A DNA stretch of 33,546 bases, from positions 1 to 33,546 of IMG/VR virus record IMGVR_UViG_3300016476_001057. One strand, given 5' to 3'. This DNA comes from a virus (taxonomy: Duplodnaviria > Caudoviricetes). Numbering within the stretch: position 1 is the stretch's first letter; each line of letters opens with the position of its first letter. The position numbers were made by a program, and so were the translations under genes. The notes beneath the pieces are model-generated. The model was given only the letters and a program-made list of their open reading frames with translations, had not been told where the DNA came from and did not search any database. Positions 15,828 through 24,272 of the stretch are shown here, one piece after another.

Positions 15828-16014
15828 CAACACCGACATCGTGGAACGCCTGCGCGTTCGCTGGGACACCATGACCGAGATGGGCAACGCCGAGCGAGCC
15901 GAGGCCGCCGACAAGATCGAGGAGCTGCGGCGCGAGCTCAACAAGATGGCCGGGATGTTCGGCATGGTGCTCGGGCGCGAGATGCGTCGGGCGCTGTACG
16001 AGGGGGAAGGATGA
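15820..16014 (+). CDS. Hypothetical protein (DIVERLR...AADKIEELR)
   Basis: RBS AGGAG. Confidence 0.7.
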   Translation: MADNTDIVERLRVRWDTMTEMGNAERAEAADKIEELRRELNKMAGMFGMVLGREMRRALYEGEG

Positions 16015-16277
16015 CCCCCCGCGGCACCTCCTCCCGGCTGTGGCAGCGCACGGTGGACCTCGTCCTCTGCGCCAGCCAGCACCGCTACTCCCGGTCGCAG
16101 CTCGCGGAGCGGTGGCGCACCTCGCCGCGCACGGTGTCGAACGTGCTGGCGCACGCACGCGAGACCTACGACGTGGAGATCGACACGGGCCTGCCGCAGG
16201 AGGGGTCGCCGTACCGCCTGCGCTCGGCGGGCGTGCTCTCGCTCCCGGCCTTGCAGGCGCGGATGGGGCGGCGATGA
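16011..16277 (+). CDS. Putative winged HTH protein
   Basis: YSRSQLAERWRTSPRTVSNVL. Confidence 0.65.
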   Translation: MTPRGTSSRLWQRTVDLVLCASQHRYSRSQLAERWRTSPRTVSNVLAHARETYDVEIDTGLPQEGSPYRLRSAGVLSLPALQARMGRR

Positions 16278-16699
16278 TCCGCTGGTTCGTGGCGGGCAAC
16301 CCGGCCGCGCAGGGGTCGAAGCGCCTCGTGCGCCTGCGAAACGGGCGCACGGTCATGCTCGAGCAGTCGCAGAAGGTCAAGCCCTGGCGGTCGGCGGTCG
16401 CCGCCGAGGCCCGGGCCGCCAGCGTGCCGATGCTGACCGGGGACGTGGAGCTGATCGCCTGCGTGCAGTTCGTCCGCCCCGCCAGCCACTGCCGCAAGGA
16501 CGGCACGGTCAAGCCCTCCGCGCCGGCACGGCCGGGGTACGCCGACTGCGACAAGCTCGCCCGGGCGATCTGCGACGGGCTGGCAGGGATCGCCTACGCC
16601 AACGACCGCCAAGTCGCGTTCCTCACGGTGGAGCGCGTCTGGGCGCCATCCGGGGAAGGCCCGGGGGCGTGGCTGGAAATCGGCCCGCTGGGGGGTTGA
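16274..16699 (+). CDS. rusA: RusA-family Holliday junction resolvase
   Basis: GNPAAQGSKR...W; DCDKLARAICDGL...YANDRQV. Confidence 0.88.
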   Translation: MIRWFVAGNPAAQGSKRLVRLRNGRTVMLEQSQKVKPWRSAVAAEARAASVPMLTGDVELIACVQFVRPASHCRKDGTVKPSAPARPGYADCDKLARAICDGLAGIAYANDRQVAFLTVERVWAPSGEGPGAWLEIGPLGG

Positions 16700-16724
16700 C
16701 GCCTGCGGCGGCGCAGGGTAAGGT
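16696..16724 (+). promoter_or_regulatory. Sigma70 promoter with a palindromic operator (near copy of 11810)
   Basis: TTGACG-CCTGCggcggcGCAGGg-TAAGGT. Confidence 0.8.
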
Positions 16725-16777
16725 ACGCGCATGGCCTGCCGCGGTGGCTGGCCTACGCATCGAACAGGAGAAGCAAC

Positions 16778-17524
16778 ATGGATACGAGTGAAACGACGGG
16801 GCAGATCGCTGCCGCGCTGGCGAAGGCGCACCTCGAGATCGACAACCCCGAGCTGGACGGCGTGAATTCGCACTTCAAGTCGAAGTTCAGCACGCTGGCC
16901 GCGATCCTGAACGCTGTCCGCAAGCCGCTGGCGAAGCACGGCATCGCGCTCATGCAGTCGGTCGCCATCGAGGATGGCCGCGTGCGCGTCACCACGAACC
17001 TCGTGCACGCGAGCGGCGAGTGGATGCGGGAGACGATAGCGTTCCCGATGGTCAGCGGCAGCAATGTCCAGCAGGCGGCGGGCATCGTGACGTACCTTCG
17101 CAGGTACTCCTTGCTCGGGTTGATGGCCATCGTCGGGGACCCGCACGCGGATGATGACGGTGAGTCGGACCGCGAAGCGCACATCGAGGCGAAGAAGGCT
17201 GCGGTCAAGCCCGCGCCGCGCAAGGAAACGCCCGCTCCCCAGCCCGCGCCCAAGGCAACGACCGCTTCCCAGCCCGGTCGCCCGTGGCCGGACAGCGGCT
17301 CCGAGGAGGTCATGGTGAAGAAGGTGACCGTGCGCGACAGCGGCAAGACGGCCGCGTACTGCGAGGCCGAGGACGGGACCGCCGCCTGGGTCTGCATCCC
17401 CGACGCGCTGGCCGGGGCAATGAAGGCCGACACCGTGGTCGAGATGGACTACGCCTGGAACAGGGCGGGCTTCTACGAGGCCAGCCGGGTCAAGGCGATC
17501 AAGGGAGAGGAGGTGGCCTCGTGA
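16778..17524 (+). CDS. ERF-family ssDNA annealing protein
   Basis: NSHFKSKFSTL...LVHASGEW...TYLRRYSL...DDDG. Confidence 0.9.
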   Translation: MDTSETTGQIAAALAKAHLEIDNPELDGVNSHFKSKFSTLAAILNAVRKPLAKHGIALMQSVAIEDGRVRVTTNLVHASGEWMRETIAFPMVSGSNVQQAAGIVTYLRRYSLLGLMAIVGDPHADDDGESDREAHIEAKKAAVKPAPRKETPAPQPAPKATTASQPGRPWPDSGSEEVMVKKVTVRDSGKTAAYCEAEDGTAAWVCIPDALAGAMKADTVVEMDYAWNRAGFYEASRVKAIKGEEVAS

Positions 17525-18027
17525 GCCTGTACCAGCTGACCGCCGAGATGCAGGAGATCCTCGCGGCCCTCGAGGCCGCGGAGGCGAACCCCGAGGTCGG
17601 GGCCGCGCTGGAGGACCACCTCTCCAGCATCGCCGAGAGCTTCGACGCCAAAGCCGATGACTACGCCGCGCTGATCCGGGTCTGCGAGTCCCGGGCCGCC
17701 GGCCGCCGCGAGGAGGCCGAGCGCATGGAGGCGCTGGCCGCCTCCGACGAGGCAAAGGCCGAGCGCCTGCGTGCCGCCCTCCTGCGGGCGATGCAGGCCA
17801 CACAGCGCGACAAGGTCGAGACGCCGCGCTTCCGCCTGGCCGTGCGGAAGAACGGGGGCAAGATCCCCCTGCTCGTGACCGACGAGGCCGCGATCCCCAC
17901 CCTGTACCGCGTGCCGAAGGTCACCGAGGTGCTGGACAAGGACGGCATCCGCGCCGCGCTGGAGGCCGGGCAGGCCGTTCCCGGCGCAGCCCTTGGGGAA
18001 CGGGGCGTCCGCCTCGAGCTGAAGTAA
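17521..18027 (+). CDS. Siphovirus Gp157-family protein
   Basis: SLYQLTAE...KAD.YA....LDKDGIRAALEAGQAVPGA.L..RG..L. Confidence 0.88.
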   Translation: MSLYQLTAEMQEILAALEAAEANPEVGAALEDHLSSIAESFDAKADDYAALIRVCESRAAGRREEAERMEALAASDEAKAERLRAALLRAMQATQRDKVETPRFRLAVRKNGGKIPLLVTDEAAIPTLYRVPKVTEVLDKDGIRAALEAGQAVPGAALGERGVRLELK

Positions 18028-18049
18028 CATCCACGGACCTTCTCCTAGC

Positions 18050-18090
18050 GGGGCGCCCTTGATTCGTCGGGGGCGCCCCCATTCTTTTTT
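18050..18090 (+). terminator. Rho-independent terminator
   Basis: GGGGCGCCC...GGGCGCCCC stem followed by ATTCTTTTTT. Confidence 0.8.
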
Positions 18091-18120
18091 CACATTCCGA
18101 CCGGATTCCCTCCTGCGGCG

Positions 18121-18149
18121 GTTTCCCCTGCGCCGAAGTAGGGTATAGT
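18121..18149 (+). promoter_or_regulatory. Third operator/promoter copy
   Basis: CCTGCgccgaaGTAGGg-TATAGT with the same spacing to -10; poor -35 (GTTTCC). Confidence 0.6.
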
Positions 18150-18206
18150 TCACCACGTCCAAGATGGACAACCGCGCCGGCCGGATGCCGGAACTAGGAG
18201 ATTGCT

Positions 18207-18416
18207 ATGAAGACCATCACGCTGGCTGACCGCAACGGAAATCCCCTGCACTCTCGCCGCGTCACCAACAAGATCTACATGACCGCATCGCACGCGAAGG
18301 TGGTCGGAGGCCGAATCATTGCTGTGTATGCGGAGGGAAGCAGCCTTCCCGCCGACCGATTTGGGATCGTGCAGATTTGCGACGGCATCATCAAATATCC
18401 CTCATACAACGCCTAA
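18207..18416 (+). CDS. Hypothetical protein
   Basis: RBS AGGAG; lower GC. Confidence 0.7.
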   Translation: MKTITLADRNGNPLHSRRVTNKIYMTASHAKVVGGRIIAVYAEGSSLPADRFGIVQICDGIIKYPSYNA

Positions 18417-18433
18417 ACCAGCAAGGAGAAGCC

Positions 18434-18793
18434 ATGAACCCAACCGACCTTGTGAACGACATCCTGAACATCAAGGCGCTGCCCCGTACCGCCGCGCAGG
18501 CCGCGCCCGCGACAACCAATGTCACCCTCACCCTGACCCTCGAACAGCTCGACGCTATCCAGTACGCTATTGCCCGCCGCCGCCAGCGGGTCGCCGAGGT
18601 GATCGGCTGCACCAGCCCCGGCGACCGTGCTTGGGAGCACTTCCGCGAGGAGGAGCGCGAGCTGCGGGACATTTGCGCGGCCATCGCCCGCGCCTGCCAC
18701 CGGGCTGCTACCATGCCTCCCGTCGAGGCGACCGCCGCGGAAGCCCGGGACGAGCCGTCCTGGATGCAGGGCCACCCGGTCGAGCTTGACTGA
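18434..18793 (+). CDS. Hypothetical protein
   Basis: RBS AAGGAG; MNPTDLVN. Confidence 0.7.
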   Translation: MNPTDLVNDILNIKALPRTAAQAAPATTNVTLTLTLEQLDAIQYAIARRRQRVAEVIGCTSPGDRAWEHFREEERELRDICAAIARACHRAATMPPVEATAAEARDEPSWMQGHPVELD

Positions 18794-18816
18794 CCGACAT
18801 CTCTGACCCCCGGATG

Positions 18817-18860
18817 CCCCCGCGGCGCGTGCCTCTTGGCCCCCGCGGGGGTTTTACTTT
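18817..18860 (+). terminator. Terminator at the convergence of the two arms
   Basis: CCCCCGCGG...CCGCGGGGG followed by TTTTACTTT. Confidence 0.65.
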
Positions 18861-18883
18861 GCCAGCAGGGCGGCAGGAATGCC

Positions 18884-19186
18884 CTACGCCGCGTCCGGGC
18901 CGTCCGGACGGGTCAGGGTAGCCTCGGCCTGCTCGGACGCCGCTGGGGGCGTTTCCGCCCCGGCGAACGGGACGAGGCGGTTCAGGGCTGCCTGGCGCTC
19001 TTTGCACCCGCCGCAGGGCTTGATGCCGACCGCCGTGGTGACGGCGGCGACCACGTCGCCGAGGCCGCGCATGGCTGGCCGAACGGGCGCGGGGTCAAAC
19101 TTGACCACCGCGGCCGTGCCGTCCTCGCGGAGCTCAATCTCCCAAGTGCCCATGCTGTTGGCGATGGTGGCGGTCAGCGTCTTCAT
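18884..19186 (-). CDS. Small protein with a GLGD...CGGC..RQ..LN motif
   Basis: ATGA coupling with the Cys-rich gene. Confidence 0.7.
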   Translation of the reverse strand: MKTLTATIANSMGTWEIELREDGTAAVVKFDPAPVRPAMRGLGDVVAAVTTAVGIKPCGGCKERQAALNRLVPFAGAETPPAASEQAEATLTRPDGPDAA

Positions 19187-20628
19187 AGGCGAATGATCTT
19201 GAAGAGCCGGGACATGGCCCAGCCGAACCGGGTAGCGGTCACTCGGCATGCCGTGGCACAGCCCGGGCAGCAAATGGCGAAATCGATGTCAGTCATTGAG
19301 CTGTAGGAGCAGGTTGTCGGCGAGATCGTTGAACCGTCCGAGTCCATGTACTGCGGCGTGCTCGTCGCCACGCGGGCACGGTTGCCATACGGAACGAACT
19401 GCCGATAGCCGCGGGCAATGCCTGGCGATGCTGGCGCAGTCTGCACCCATGCGAAGGCCGTCCCGTCGCATGTCCAGTACCCCTGTGGCCAGCACGGGTC
19501 CGAGGGTTGGAAGCAGCAAAGAGGAATCTCGGCGCAGTCGGGAGTGATCCCGTACGGATCAAACGTTGTCTTCCAATCCGTGCGCTCGGCCGAGATCGCC
19601 TTGCAGAACATCAGTTCGGCGGCAGCATCCTGTCCGCCGGCATACGACAGAGGTCCGGATGTCAGGCATCCATCCTTGAACACGTAGGTAATGCCGCACG
19701 TGACGGTCGGCGGAGTGTTGTCCAAGTTGATCGAATACGCGGTCCACGAGGGACCGAACTTGCCGTCTTGTTCGTTGCTGACCGTTGTCCCGGCTGGAAC
19801 GAGCGGGACGCGCACGTCGAACGTCTCAAGCAACACGGCGGCTCGGTCATACATCAGGGTCGCCGCCATCGCGTCGGCCGCGCATGCCCCTTGATTCGCG
19901 GTGCAGATCACGTAGGCCAGCGCGTCAATGTCCGTCCGTGCCTGCGCCAGCGTCCGGGTCGTGAGATCAATGTCCGCGACGATGACTGCTCCGGCGTCTC
20001 GGACAATGAAGTGCCCGGCAGTGATCTCCCAGGTATAGCCTGCATACAAAGCCGGACGCCGGACAGACAGGTAAGCCGGAGGCAGCGAGTAGGTGCAGCG
20101 CCACCTGTAGTCGATCCTGATCTCGTCGTGATACGCGCCGGAGGGATTCAGCTGCACCTCGGTGCAGCACGCATCGTTGACCGGATCGGCGTCGTACGTG
20201 ATGAATCCGCCGGCGTTGTGATCGACGTCTCGCTGGGCCTCAAAGTACAGGCCGCTGTCCACGCCTCCGGTGATCCAGGCGCACGCTCCGGTCGTCACGG
20301 TTTCGATGGTCGTGTTGACGAACGGAACCGTCACCTTCGCTTCGCATGTCACGCTGGCGATGGCATGCTGCTTGATTCCCGGATATAGCGGGCTGCACGC
20401 CGTCAGTGTCTGCGGCACGAACTCATAGAGGCAAGACCCCAAAGCCGGAGCCGTGCACGTCGTATCTACGGACGGGCAGTCGGGAAATCCCGGACATTCG
20501 CCCGCCGATGTCTTCGTTTCCCAGTACGATTCCCCCGTCGCCACTTGCGAGATGCTGACGGAGAAGTCGCGCTGGTGGGCGCACTCCAGCTGGCCGCAGC
20601 AGCAGTTGGCAGCGAGGATGCCGCTCAC
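19183..20628 (-). CDS. Cys-rich protein, possibly virion-associated
   Basis: 481 aa, N-terminal NCCCG and numerous Cys. Confidence 0.7.
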   Translation of the reverse strand: MSGILAANCCCGQLECAHQRDFSVSISQVATGESYWETKTSAGECPGFPDCPSVDTTCTAPALGSCLYEFVPQTLTACSPLYPGIKQHAIASVTCEAKVTVPFVNTTIETVTTGACAWITGGVDSGLYFEAQRDVDHNAGGFITYDADPVNDACCTEVQLNPSGAYHDEIRIDYRWRCTYSLPPAYLSVRRPALYAGYTWEITAGHFIVRDAGAVIVADIDLTTRTLAQARTDIDALAYVICTANQGACAADAMAATLMYDRAAVLLETFDVRVPLVPAGTTVSNEQDGKFGPSWTAYSINLDNTPPTVTCGITYVFKDGCLTSGPLSYAGGQDAAAELMFCKAISAERTDWKTTFDPYGITPDCAEIPLCCFQPSDPCWPQGYWTCDGTAFAWVQTAPASPGIARGYRQFVPYGNRARVATSTPQYMDSDGSTISPTTCSYSSMTDIDFAICCPGCATACRVTATRFGWAMSRLFKIIRL

Positions 20629-20632
20629 CGCG

Positions 20633-20734
20633 TCAGACCTTGCCGCCGCGCTTGGCGCAGAGCCACCAGCCAGCCACGAAGCCGGCGGCGCCGAGGAGCA
20701 TGGCGAACCAAAGCGAGCCGAGGAACTGGGACAT
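20633..20734 (-). CDS. 33-aa membrane peptide
   Basis: TGATG coupling; MSQFLGSLWFAMLLGAAGFVAGWWLCAKRGGKV. Confidence 0.6.
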   Translation of the reverse strand: MSQFLGSLWFAMLLGAAGFVAGWWLCAKRGGKV

Positions 20735-21039
20735 CAGGAACCACCTGTACGGGATGAGGAGCATGGGTCCGCCACGCGGCGGTAGCCGAGCGTCCACAAG
20801 AGGCGAGCAAGGTCTGTTGCCGTGGAGCGCACGAGCTCCTCCGGCCACTCCTCATGGCAGGCGTGAAGCCCTTCATGGAGAGCGGTGTCCAGCATAGCAC
20901 GCTCCCCCTGCTTGGCCCGCAGGCGGATGATCCGGCGCACGGACCCGTTCCGGCAGCGGGTGATCTCGCAGGAGCCGAAGTCCTTCATGTTCGCCGGCAG
21001 CCGCACCTCGAACTCCTCGCCACCCATCTTGACGCGCAT
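20734..21039 (-). CDS. Small HExxH zincin-like protein
   Basis: LDTALHEGLHA; RBS GGAGG. Confidence 0.65.
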   Translation of the reverse strand: MRVKMGGEEFEVRLPANMKDFGSCEITRCRNGSVRRIIRLRAKQGERAMLDTALHEGLHACHEEWPEELVRSTATDLARLLWTLGYRRVADPCSSSRTGGS

Positions 21040-21047
21040 GGCCCCTC

Positions 21048-21953
21048 CTAGTGTGCAAGCCGGAACTCCGGCACCAGCTCGTACAGGCTGTTGCGCCTGG
21101 CCTCATGCTGCACCCGCCTGGACCGGAAGTGCAGCCTCATCCAGACCGCTCCCATCATCTCCGGGGTGCGCCCCTGTTCCACGTGGAACCCTGCGAACCC
21201 GTCATCGAACTCATCCTTGTAGGTGCCTGTCCGGACATGCCACTGCACGTCGGAAACCACCCGGGCGCCTTCCTTGTTCAGGATCAGGCGCTCTCGGGCC
21301 AGCGGCATCACCCACTGCTTGTGGACATGCCCGCTCACCACCACGTCGGCGTCGGGGGTCACGGCGGCCGCTCGGCGCACCTTGAGGGTGTCGAACGACA
21401 TCAGGGCGGCACCGCCCGAGCCGTGGAAGTACTTCAGGAGCAGGGTGTACTGCTGCTGATGGCACCGAGCCACGAACCTGATCCAGCCACCGTAGCCGCC
21501 CGAGTGCACCTTGTGCCCGGTCGCCTGGCTCATGCGCTCGCAGAGCCGCTCGGTCAGGTCGGTCTCGCAGTTCTTCAGAATGGCCGTCTCGTGGTTGCCT
21601 CGGCCGATCAGCACGCAGTTCTCGGCGTAGGGGTTGTAGAACGTGGCGGCGTTCCGGACCAGCGAGTCGAGGTAGTCGGCCGCCATCGCGTCCTCGTCGC
21701 GCACGGACTGCCGCGCCCGGCGCGGGTCGTACTTGCCCTGCATGGCGCAGAAGAGGTCGCCCACGTCGATCCAGCCCCCGCCGGCGGCCTTGCACTCCTC
21801 GAGGTGCTTGCGCTCGAGGTCGTGCAGGCTGTGCGGGTTGTCGTGATGCGCGTCCCCTCGGAGCAGGAACGTCCATTCGTCGGTCTTGCTGCCGCCCAGC
21901 AGCTCGACCGTATGCACGTTGCGGGCGTGCGAGATCACCCGGAAGTTGTTCAC
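21048..21953 (-). CDS. Calcineurin-like metallophosphoesterase
   Basis: GDAH, GDLF, GNHE, FHG and GHVH motifs in canonical order. Confidence 0.88.
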   Translation of the reverse strand: MNNFRVISHARNVHTVELLGGSKTDEWTFLLRGDAHHDNPHSLHDLERKHLEECKAAGGGWIDVGDLFCAMQGKYDPRRARQSVRDEDAMAADYLDSLVRNAATFYNPYAENCVLIGRGNHETAILKNCETDLTERLCERMSQATGHKVHSGGYGGWIRFVARCHQQQYTLLLKYFHGSGGAALMSFDTLKVRRAAAVTPDADVVVSGHVHKQWVMPLARERLILNKEGARVVSDVQWHVRTGTYKDEFDDGFAGFHVEQGRTPEMMGAVWMRLHFRSRRVQHEARRNSLYELVPEFRLAH

Positions 21954-22465
21954 GGCTTTCCCTTCTCCTGCGCCTTGCGGAATGCGGCGTCGAACGCCGG
22001 GTCCGATGCCCGCTTCGCGGCGATGTACTCACGCGGCCCCTCGGCCTTGTCCTCCGCCAGCATGGCGACGGCGAGGTCGGCCTCCTGCACCTTGCGCCGA
22101 GGCAACCAGCCGATGGCCACGCGGATCGCCGTGCCCAACCCCGTCTGCCACAGGATGACCGCGATGGCGATGGCGATGGCCGCGCCGGCCACCCAGACCA
22201 CCGTGTCCATGACGGGGTGCTGGTCCTCCACCCCGGTCAGGGCGGTCGTGACCCCGAAGGCGTCGGCGATGTTCTCGTCCGCCCGCTTGCGCCCGGCGTC
22301 GGCCTCGCCAGCCATGTCCGGGTGCGCCGTCTCCACGCGGGTCCAGGCCGCCGCGTCCTCCCGGGCGCGGTCGGCGATGCGGTTTGCCCGCATGGCGATC
22401 TCCGCCGAGGGGCTGCATCCTGCGGCCGCCAGCGTGAGCAGGACGGTCGCAAGCCAGCGGATCAT
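21950..22465 (-). CDS. Lipoprotein with an internal TM helix (u-spanin-like topology)
   Basis: Lipobox MIRWLATVLLTLAAAG-C; TM segment VVWVAGAAIAIAIAVILW. Confidence 0.6.
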   Translation of the reverse strand: MIRWLATVLLTLAAAGCSPSAEIAMRANRIADRAREDAAAWTRVETAHPDMAGEADAGRKRADENIADAFGVTTALTGVEDQHPVMDTVVWVAGAAIAIAIAVILWQTGLGTAIRVAIGWLPRRKVQEADLAVAMLAEDKAEGPREYIAAKRASDPAFDAAFRKAQEKGKP

Positions 22466-22731
22466 GGCCGCGCCTGTTCCATCCGCTCGAGCCTGCGCTC
22501 GACCTGCGAGACGCGCTCGGACAGCACCTTGATCTGGGCGTTCGCGTCCGCGTTGCGCTCCTTGATCACCGTGATGTCCGTGGAGATCGCCTCGAGCAGA
22601 CGGCTCTGCTGCTCCGACACCGCGAGCTGCTTGCCGACGTAGGCGATCATCCCGACCAGCGTCACGCTGGTCACGAAGAGCTGGACCTTCTCGAGGGCCA
22701 GACGGGTGGTCGAAGTCTTCTCGATGGTCAT
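22462..22731 (-). CDS. Single-TM coiled-coil protein (holin/antiholin-like by position)
   Basis: LFVTSVTLVGMIAYVG followed by a coiled coil. Confidence 0.5.
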   Translation of the reverse strand: MTIEKTSTTRLALEKVQLFVTSVTLVGMIAYVGKQLAVSEQQSRLLEAISTDITVIKERNADANAQIKVLSERVSQVERRLERMEQARP

Positions 22732-22745
22732 GGGGCACTTCTTGG

Positions 22746-24272
22746 TCAGGTCACGCGCCAGCAGACGAGGTGGTAATGCTCATTCGGAACGGCAGCGGCG
22801 ATGGTGCTCCCGCCCGCCGCCACGCTGACGGAGATGATGTCGAACTGGTTGTTGGAGGTCTTCTGCTTGAACAGGATGTAGGCCCACGTCCCGGTCGCCG
22901 GGGTGGTCGCCGCCGTGTTGTCGGCGAACGTAACGAGCTTGAACGTGCCGAGCGCGGTGCCCGATCCGGCGATGGGCTTGAAGGCCACGTCCGGGTTCGG
23001 GTACGTGCCGGACAGGTCTCCGCCGGCAGCCCCGCTCGGGGTCGCAGTCGGGGTCTGCCAGCTCATGTCGCCGCGCAGGAATGTCGAGGACGATGGCGTG
23101 CCCGTGGCGCTGATCGTGCCGACCGTGACCGAGCTGTTCGCCAGCGTCGGGTTGGGGTAGGTGCCCGTGAGGCTTCCACCCGCTGCCCCGGTCGGGGTAC
23201 GGGAATCGGTCAAGCGCGTGTCGGTCGCCCGCACCGCCTGGTTGCTGGTCCCGCCGCCGCTCGTGGCGAAGTCCACGGCCAGTGTCCTGTTCGCCGACAG
23301 GTCGCCGCCACCCGTCAAGCCCGTCCCGGCATTGATCTCGATGATCTCGTCGGCCTTGGCATCAAGGTACAAGGACAGGTTCGTGACCTGCGATATCTCG
23401 AGCGTGACTTCATCGCTCCCGCCGAACTCGTGCGTCGCAGCGTGCGCGGTGGGCGTCCGAGCATTTGACAGGCGCGAGTCGGTGGCGATGACCGCCTGCA
23501 CGCTGCTGCCTGCGCCGTTCGGCGCGAAGTTGACCGCCAGCGTCCTGTTCGCAGAGAGGTCGCCGCCGCCCGTCAGACCCGTGCCGGCGGTGATCGTCCG
23601 GCTCGTCGGGACCTTCGCGGCGAGGTCGGTGGTCAGGTTTGCCACCTGCGACTGCGCGAGACCGTTCGCAGGGATGGGGTCGGAGCCGGCGCTGCCGTGG
23701 GTCGCGCCGTGCGTGGTCGGGGTTCGGGTGTTCGACAGGCGGCTGTCGTTGCCTTGGCACGCCGTGCCGGAGGTCGTGCCGAAGGAGACCGCCAGCGTGC
23801 GGTTGGCGGACAGGTCGCCGCCGCCCGTGAGACCTGTCCCGGCCGTCACCGTGCGCGTGGTCGGGACCTTGTTGCCGAGGTCGGTGGTCAGATTCACGAC
23901 CTGCGACTGCGCCAGCAGCAGCTCGTCGCTGCCGCCGTTCTCGTGGCTTGCCTTGTGCGCGGTCGGGGTCCGGGCGTCGGAGAGGCGGCTGTCCGTGGCG
24001 CGGACGGCCTGATTGCTCGTACCGCCCCCGCTGGTCGCAAAGTCCACCGCGACCGTGCCGCTGACCGTGATCGTTCCGCCCGTCAGGCCAACGCCCGCAA
24101 GCACGCTCGTGACCGTCCCGGCGGGCGGGTTGACCCACGCCACCGCGTAGTCGGCGTTGCTCGTCTTGTGCAGGATCTGGTTGGTCGTGCCCCCGGCAGG
24201 GATGCCCGGGTTGACCGAGATGTTGACCTCTTCCCCGGAGTTCACGACCGTGATGTAGACGGGGTCGTTCAC
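22746..24272 (-). CDS. Tail fibre protein with ~85-aa repeats
   Basis: GTG start; repeated AGTGLTGGGDLSANRTLAV...DSRLS..RTPT.H...H; GDLSGTYPNP motifs. Confidence 0.82.
   Translation of the reverse strand: MNDPVYITVVNSGEEVNISVNPGIPAGGTTNQILHKTSNADYAVAWVNPPAGTVTSVLAGVGLTGGTITVSGTVAVDFATSGGGTSNQAVRATDSRLSDARTPTAHKASHENGGSDELLLAQSQVVNLTTDLGNKVPTTRTVTAGTGLTGGGDLSANRTLAVSFGTTSGTACQGNDSRLSNTRTPTTHGATHGSAGSDPIPANGLAQSQVANLTTDLAAKVPTSRTITAGTGLTGGGDLSANRTLAVNFAPNGAGSSVQAVIATDSRLSNARTPTAHAATHEFGGSDEVTLEISQVTNLSLYLDAKADEIIEINAGTGLTGGGDLSANRTLAVDFATSGGGTSNQAVRATDTRLTDSRTPTGAAGGSLTGTYPNPTLANSSVTVGTISATGTPSSSTFLRGDMSWQTPTATPSGAAGGDLSGTYPNPDVAFKPIAGSGTALGTFKLVTFADNTAATTPATGTWAYILFKQKTSNNQFDIISVSVAAGGSTIAAAVPNEHYHLVCWRVT

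Noticed and set aside
16166-17803. 545-aa minus-strand ORF
   Set aside because: Arg/Pro/Gly-rich shadow of rusA, ERF and Gp157.
19183-24272. Possible diversity-generating retroelement targeting the fibre or Cys-rich gene
   Set aside because: No reverse transcriptase and no adenine-mismatched TR/VR pair was noticed.
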